Shown piece after piece: positions 59,294-64,000 of a stretch of DNA of 64,000 nt. The position numbers and the translations under genes were made by a program. The notes beneath the pieces were generated by a model that was given only the letters and a program-made list of their open reading frames with translations, was not told the DNA's origin and did not search any database. The stretch covers positions 3,024 to 67,023 of the forward strand of contig JAWOFX010000078.1 of the NCBI GenBank assembly GCA_046497275.1, read 5' to 3'. The stretch comes from Promethearchaeia archaeon (GTDB lineage Archaea; Asgardarchaeota; Lokiarchaeia; Sigyniarchaeales; SOKP01). How positions within the stretch are numbered: the first letter of the stretch is position 1; each line of letters starts with the position of its first letter.

Positions 59294-59932
59294 TTATTTT
59301 ACAGAAATTTTTAACATCATTTCAGCCACGTGGTCATTATAAGTCTGAACATCTTCAAATCCTTCTATTTGCTCTGCGCATGTGATAAAGAATTCTCTCA
59401 CATTGATTTTTCTCTTCCCAAAGAATTCTCTTATTTCATCCTTTAATTCTTCCAGTTTTTCAGTTCTATTAGGATCATCTTTCAATAAATCGAGTTTATT
59501 TATAGCAACATGAATATTATCGGGAAAGAATCTGACATCATTAAAAAAGTTAAATTGCTTTTCTATATCTCTATCAAGTGCAAAAACAGCTATGATTTCA
59601 GTTGCAATTCGACTTATGGTTATTACACCCATTTTTACGACTGCTCTTCCTGTATCCCCCCCTGGAGCAAATATTGTGTGTGCCTTGTTTGTATCTTCTT
59701 CACGAAAGACTACTCTATTGGGGTGAATCGTTTTTGTCTCTTTTTCATTTAATTTATTTTCTTTATTTCCCCCTGGGAGGGTAGCTTCTCCAGAGAAATC
59801 TGTTTTCACCACGATACATTTTTTTCCTCCTTCAACATTTTCAATCTGACCTTTATTAAGATATTTAACAAACATGCGCAATATAGAGGTTTTTCCGACT
59901 GAGACATCCCCTAGTAATCCTATGTTTACCAT
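59294..59932 (-). CDS. Divergent Ras-superfamily small GTPase (MglA/Arf-like G3, long G1-G2 insert)
   Basis: G1 'GDVSVGKT', G3-position 'FAPGGD' (no Asp-x-x-Gly), G4 'INKLD', G5-like 'TCAE'. ATG 59932 is preferred because GGAGG lies 8 nt upstream. The track start at 59947 is TTG. Confidence 0.75.
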   Translation of the reverse strand: MVNIGLLGDVSVGKTSILRMFVKYLNKGQIENVEGGKKCIVVKTDFSGEATLPGGNKENKLNEKETKTIHPNRVVFREEDTNKAHTIFAPGGDTGRAVVKMGVITISRIATEIIAVFALDRDIEKQFNFFNDVRFFPDNIHVAINKLDLLKDDPNRTEKLEELKDEIREFFGKRKINVREFFITCAEQIEGFEDVQTYNDHVAEMMLKISVK

Positions 59933-59981
59933 CTGCCTTGCCTCCAATGGTTTTTAATTAATAGTTGATTCAATTTTCTCA

Positions 59982-60809
59982 TTATAACTCATCTCCGAGA
60001 AGTTTTCTTAATAATGTTTCATAATCCTCAATAAGAAATTGTTCAAGATACGCATTGTTATGGGCGAGAATAAGACTGATAAGTACTTCCTTCAAGTTCT
60101 TAGCCTTTTTGGAATAATTAATAATATTCTCTGGAGTGACTTCCCTATCGAATTCTCTTGTAGCTTCTTCGAACCCAAAATTCTCTCGAGGAGGTAATGA
60201 ATCGAAAAAACCGAATGCTGTATATCCTTCATATTGAAAGAATACAAAGAACCTTGATTTGATCGATTTGATAATATTTGAGAGATATACTGAGGGATAT
60301 AATTCTCCCAAAATGAGATCATCATCTTGCTGGATTACAAAATAAGGTGAGATGGGAGATACTTGCTTTCCATACATTTCTTTTGGAGGTAAGGAAATAA
60401 AAGGTAGCTTCTCGGATATTATAGCCCATAAATCATCACGCTTCTTTTCTAATAATATATCTTTTACTTCTTGGTATGCATAATAAAAATCAGATTGAAG
60501 CGAAAGAAGAGAACTAAGGTATACGGATAAAGAAGCAAAAGTAGCTTCTAAAAGCGGTCTCCTACCACTATCTTTTGCTGATGGCTTTGCTGCTCCCTTC
60601 CAGGCTCTCAAAGCCGAATATGCAAATCCTTGCACATCAAAGAAGCCTCCAGAAAGAAATATAAAGGAAGGTGACTCACCTTCTTCATCTGTAAGAATTT
60701 CATCTGCCTTTTCTGTTAGAGCATCCTCAAGATTATCAACATTATATTCAGAATGCACTTTTGGCATAATAAGCCATTTATTGTCTTTTTTCGCCAAGAT
60801 GAAACACAA
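59982..60809 (-). CDS. Hypothetical protein, probable operon partner of the small GTPase
   Basis: 275-aa ORF ending 49 nt upstream of the GTPase start on the same strand. No recognisable motif. The start is ambiguous (TTG 60809 or ATG 60767). Confidence 0.5.
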   Translation of the reverse strand: MCFILAKKDNKWLIMPKVHSEYNVDNLEDALTEKADEILTDEEGESPSFIFLSGGFFDVQGFAYSALRAWKGAAKPSAKDSGRRPLLEATFASLSVYLSSLLSLQSDFYYAYQEVKDILLEKKRDDLWAIISEKLPFISLPPKEMYGKQVSPISPYFVIQQDDDLILGELYPSVYLSNIIKSIKSRFFVFFQYEGYTAFGFFDSLPPRENFGFEEATREFDREVTPENIINYSKKAKNLKEVLISLILAHNNAYLEQFLIEDYETLLRKLLGDEL

Positions 60810-61149
60810 CTTTTCAATGATATTAATTAGTGAAATTTCAAATTAAATAATATTTACTTTTTTTAAAAGCAATTGTATTATTTTCATTAAACAAATACTA
60901 TATAAGAAGTATAATAGTAACTCTACTTAAATTTTTTTATCATTTCTCATAGAATAATTGATTGATATTAGTCAATTTTTTTTAATTCTGAACCATAAAA
61001 GATTTTATAATATTAATCCAAGACTGAAAACCATCTAAAAAAATTATTTTATTTTTCTCTGTAATTTTGTTGATAATACAATATTACAAAATTTTAAATA
61101 TTTAAATTAAATCTAAAATATCTATCCGAATTTATTTAAAAAGTGATAA

Positions 61150-61812
61150 ATGAGAATGAAAAAAAGTAAAATTTTTATTATTTTCATTATAATCGGTCTT
61201 ATCTTAGCATTCGTAATTGGCCCTATATTTGGGACAACTCTTTCAAAAATTACAAATGATAGCGGAACACAAACAATTTCCGAGGAGAGTGATAGCCATT
61301 TTGCAGAGCGTTATGCACAACCATTTAGACTTAAAAAAGACCAAACATGTTATATCAGATTTTCAAATTTTTATCCAAATATTACCGTTGAACTTATAAT
61401 CCTTACTAAAAACAGTTATCATACCTACTATGAATCAAATGGCACCTCACCAGACACAGGATTAACTTTCATTCTATTAGATAATGATTTGGGAGAGGAA
61501 TATTATAATACTCTTTATTACTCATTAACTTCATACAACATACCTCCATCTGGAGGAACTTATGGTAATAATGTAAGAATTGAATTTCGTGGAAACGGGA
61601 TATCATCCTGGCCAGGAGAATATTATATTGTTGTGGAGGGGTTTAATTCTTACGGTGAAAATGACGAAGTCAAATTTGATATAAATGTAGCGGTTGATGG
61701 TCCTGGTGACACTGTACAGAATATAATGATGATAATTGGAATTATAATAGTAGCAATCGTAGCAGTTATATGGGTTTATTCTATTCTTAAACCAAAGGAG
61801 GGTGAAAGATAA
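61150..61812 (+). CDS. Secreted/anchored protein (N-terminal signal-anchor, C-terminal TM)
   Basis: An N-terminal hydrophobic segment, a beta-rich ectodomain, and a C-terminal TM followed by 'KPKEGER'. Confidence 0.5.
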   Translation: MRMKKSKIFIIFIIIGLILAFVIGPIFGTTLSKITNDSGTQTISEESDSHFAERYAQPFRLKKDQTCYIRFSNFYPNITVELIILTKNSYHTYYESNGTSPDTGLTFILLDNDLGEEYYNTLYYSLTSYNIPPSGGTYGNNVRIEFRGNGISSWPGEYYIVVEGFNSYGENDEVKFDINVAVDGPGDTVQNIMMIIGIIIVAIVAVIWVYSILKPKEGER

Positions 61813-62274
61813 ATGGCGAGAAATAGGCTATTAAATGAGATGTTAAATTTAGATAAAAGTAAAGCGATGAAATTCATCATTTATGGGTTGATTGTAGCGG
61901 TCATTTTCGGAACAATTATGATGATAAGTAGATCTATAGATTATAATGCTAGTTCATGGTATAATTTAGTAAATGAGCAAAATTTACAGAACTATAACGC
62001 AGGAGTATATGGTTATACAGAATATCTTAAAAGATCAGAGAAAATACAATTAATATACCGTTGGATGGACTTTCAAGATGTTATTTTTATCAATATAGCT
62101 AGATTAGGTGTCAATATTTCTCTTATATTTATAGCGGTTGGATTTCTTAGTTTAGGAGTTAACCCTGGATTAGATGAAAACACAAGAAAAATATGCATAA
62201 TATTGGGCGGTATAATACTAATTGTCCTAATGTTGACAACATTTTTTACCAATATCTCAATAACTGTTTCCTAA
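61813..62274 (+). CDS. Integral membrane protein (3-4 TM)
   Basis: The ATG immediately follows the previous stop codon (TAAATG). Hydrophobic helices. Confidence 0.5.
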   Translation: MARNRLLNEMLNLDKSKAMKFIIYGLIVAVIFGTIMMISRSIDYNASSWYNLVNEQNLQNYNAGVYGYTEYLKRSEKIQLIYRWMDFQDVIFINIARLGVNISLIFIAVGFLSLGVNPGLDENTRKICIILGGIILIVLMLTTFFTNISITVS

Positions 62275-62385
62275 TCTATTAATTTTAAAATTTTTTTTTA
62301 TATTTTTAAAAAATTAGATTAATTTAGATATAACAATTTTAAGTAAGTTTTGACTTTTTAAGATATTGGGATTTGATAAAATAAG

Positions 62386-62985
62386 TTAATTTTTTGAAAG
62401 TAATTCTTGAATTTTCTCAGTTATTAAATCATAATTATTAATAGATTTTAAATTATTTACTAAAATCCTTTCAATAATATCAGTTTCCTTATAATATTGA
62501 TATTTAAGCTCCAATTCAGGATTTTGTTCTTTAATTTCTATTAATGCTCCTTTCAGAAAAGTCTTAATAAATTTTTCCGAAGTCTCTTGAATTTGTAATT
62601 CTTCGGGATGTAAAAATTTAATTTCTAACTTATTCATATCTATTAAATTCAAAATAGCAATCAATTGTTCTTCGTCATTTCTTCGGCGGAAAACTTTTCT
62701 CTTGATTTTAGTACCCTTCATTTTTTCTTGAGGAACATCTTCTGAAAAGTAATTTTTCGTGGAAGTCTCAGTTTCTGGGTTTGAAGTTTCTGTTAAAATT
62801 TCATCTGCACTCTGAAAGGATTTATCTGATATAATCGAATTAAGATAATTTAATAATTCTCTCATCTCTTCAATTTCATCCTCTAATTCTTCAAGTTGGT
62901 CTTTTTTCCTATAATAGAGATCTCGAACTGTAGAGAGAATTTTTGCCAATTTTTCCATTTCCCTATTTTTTTCTTTGGGTAGCAT
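62386..62985 (-). CDS. Coiled-coil hypothetical protein
   Basis: Acidic, heptad-like N-terminal 70 aa followed by a mixed alpha/beta C-terminal half. No motif. Confidence 0.45.
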   Translation of the reverse strand: MLPKEKNREMEKLAKILSTVRDLYYRKKDQLEELEDEIEEMRELLNYLNSIISDKSFQSADEILTETSNPETETSTKNYFSEDVPQEKMKGTKIKRKVFRRRNDEEQLIAILNLIDMNKLEIKFLHPEELQIQETSEKFIKTFLKGALIEIKEQNPELELKYQYYKETDIIERILVNNLKSINNYDLITEKIQELLSKN

Positions 62986-63086
62986 TATCTTTGTATATCT
63001 TTTAATTCAAATTAAAATTTATTTACTTAAAAAAATACACTTATTACCAAATAAGTAATTTATCAATATTAACGTGCGATGATTCT

Positions 63087-63956
63087 ATGAAAAACCATAC
63101 AATGATTATAACTCCGAAGCCCGAAGATCCCGAGGTTCAACTCTTAACCCTTGAATTAGAGGAAAGAGGATATAATGTAGATCATTTTATACCAGAAAAA
63201 ATAAGAGCAAATATTTTTAATTTTCATGAGCGATTTTCCGATCTAAATCCAAGAGGTGCATTAGTGAGAGGTTTTGGGGCTGCATCTACTCAAAGGATCT
63301 TTTTTCGCCTGGATTTACTTAGTGCAATGGAAGAATTAGGGATTAGATTGATTAATTCACGTCAATCATTAGAAATTGCCAGCGATAAATTTCTCTCATC
63401 CATATTCTTAAAAAATAATGGTATTAAAACGCCAGAGACAATCATATGCGAGGATCCACAAGATGCATTAAAAGGTTTTGAAGAACTTGGAGGTGATGTT
63501 ATACTCAAACCTTTATATGGATCAAAAGGGATTGGGATCACACGATTAAATGATAAAGCATTTGCCGAAAACGTTATTTATGCTTTGGGAGAACTTAATG
63601 AAGTTTTTTATCTTCAAAAATTTGTTCATCATAACAATAGAGACATCCGCGTGCTTGTATTAGGTGATATAGCAGTAGCCGGAATGTATCGAGTAAGCGA
63701 TAATTGGAAAACTAATATATATGCGGGAGCTAAAATGAAACCAATAGAATTAACAGAAGAACTGAAAGATCTTTCAATCAGAGCTGCCAAAGCCGTAAAA
63801 ACAGAAATTGCAGGAGTAGATATAATTGAAAGTGAAAATGGATATCAAGTGCTTGAAGTCAATTCAATCCCTGGATTTACTGCCCTTCAAAAAGTCACAG
63901 ATATAAATTTAACCGAAAAAATAATTGATTACTTCTTAGAAAATATCTCAAAATAA
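63087..63956 (+). CDS. RimK-type ATP-grasp alpha-L-glutamate ligase family protein
   Basis: 'VILKPLYGSKGIGI', 'YLQKFV.H..RDIRVLVLG', 'WKTNIYAGA' and 'AGVDIIESENGYQVLEVNSIPGF'. Confidence 0.88.
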   Translation: MKNHTMIITPKPEDPEVQLLTLELEERGYNVDHFIPEKIRANIFNFHERFSDLNPRGALVRGFGAASTQRIFFRLDLLSAMEELGIRLINSRQSLEIASDKFLSSIFLKNNGIKTPETIICEDPQDALKGFEELGGDVILKPLYGSKGIGITRLNDKAFAENVIYALGELNEVFYLQKFVHHNNRDIRVLVLGDIAVAGMYRVSDNWKTNIYAGAKMKPIELTEELKDLSIRAAKAVKTEIAGVDIIESENGYQVLEVNSIPGFTALQKVTDINLTEKIIDYFLENISK

Positions 63957-64000
63957 ATATAATCAGTTAAAAATGTTTTAAAAAAGGAATAAAAAAAATT

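Overview
This is an AT-rich, gene-dense archaeal chromosome segment. It is most likely from an Asgard (Lokiarchaeia-like) archaeon. That assignment is an inference from a eukaryote-type actin, Ras-superfamily small GTPases, archaemetzincin, a PGF-CTERM surface protein, TrmB/ArsR/Lrp regulators and an SMC-kleisin-ScpB operon. I found no rRNA, tRNA, CRISPR array or intact mobile element. About 75 features are listed, mostly CDSs called from motifs read directly in the ORF translations.

Two loci stand out:
1. 48.1-52.0 kb: an ars-type operon with two CVC-motif ArsR regulators, an LMW-PTP ArsC and a thioredoxin-fold protein. Its core is an hgcAB-like pair. The HgcA-like protein (corrinoid domain plus 5 TM helices) carries an N-terminal SAM-methyltransferase fusion and a variant cap-helix motif. 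No arsenite efflux pump is visible.
2. 41.0-43.7 kb: the actin gene is followed on the same strand by a 66-aa ORF. That ORF is translationally coupled to a protein joining a profilin-like N-terminal domain to a TrmB-type winged-helix DNA-binding domain.

Other points of note:
- a G+C-richer katG next to a 5'-truncated small-GTPase remnant
- a paralog pair of MBL-fold proteins, one with its metal motif destroyed
- a tandem ~180-bp noncoding repeat in the largest intergenic gap
- a degenerate AAA+ gene leading the SMC operon
- a divergent small GTPase with an uncharacterised upstream partner

All homology calls are by-eye motif recognition. No searches were run.
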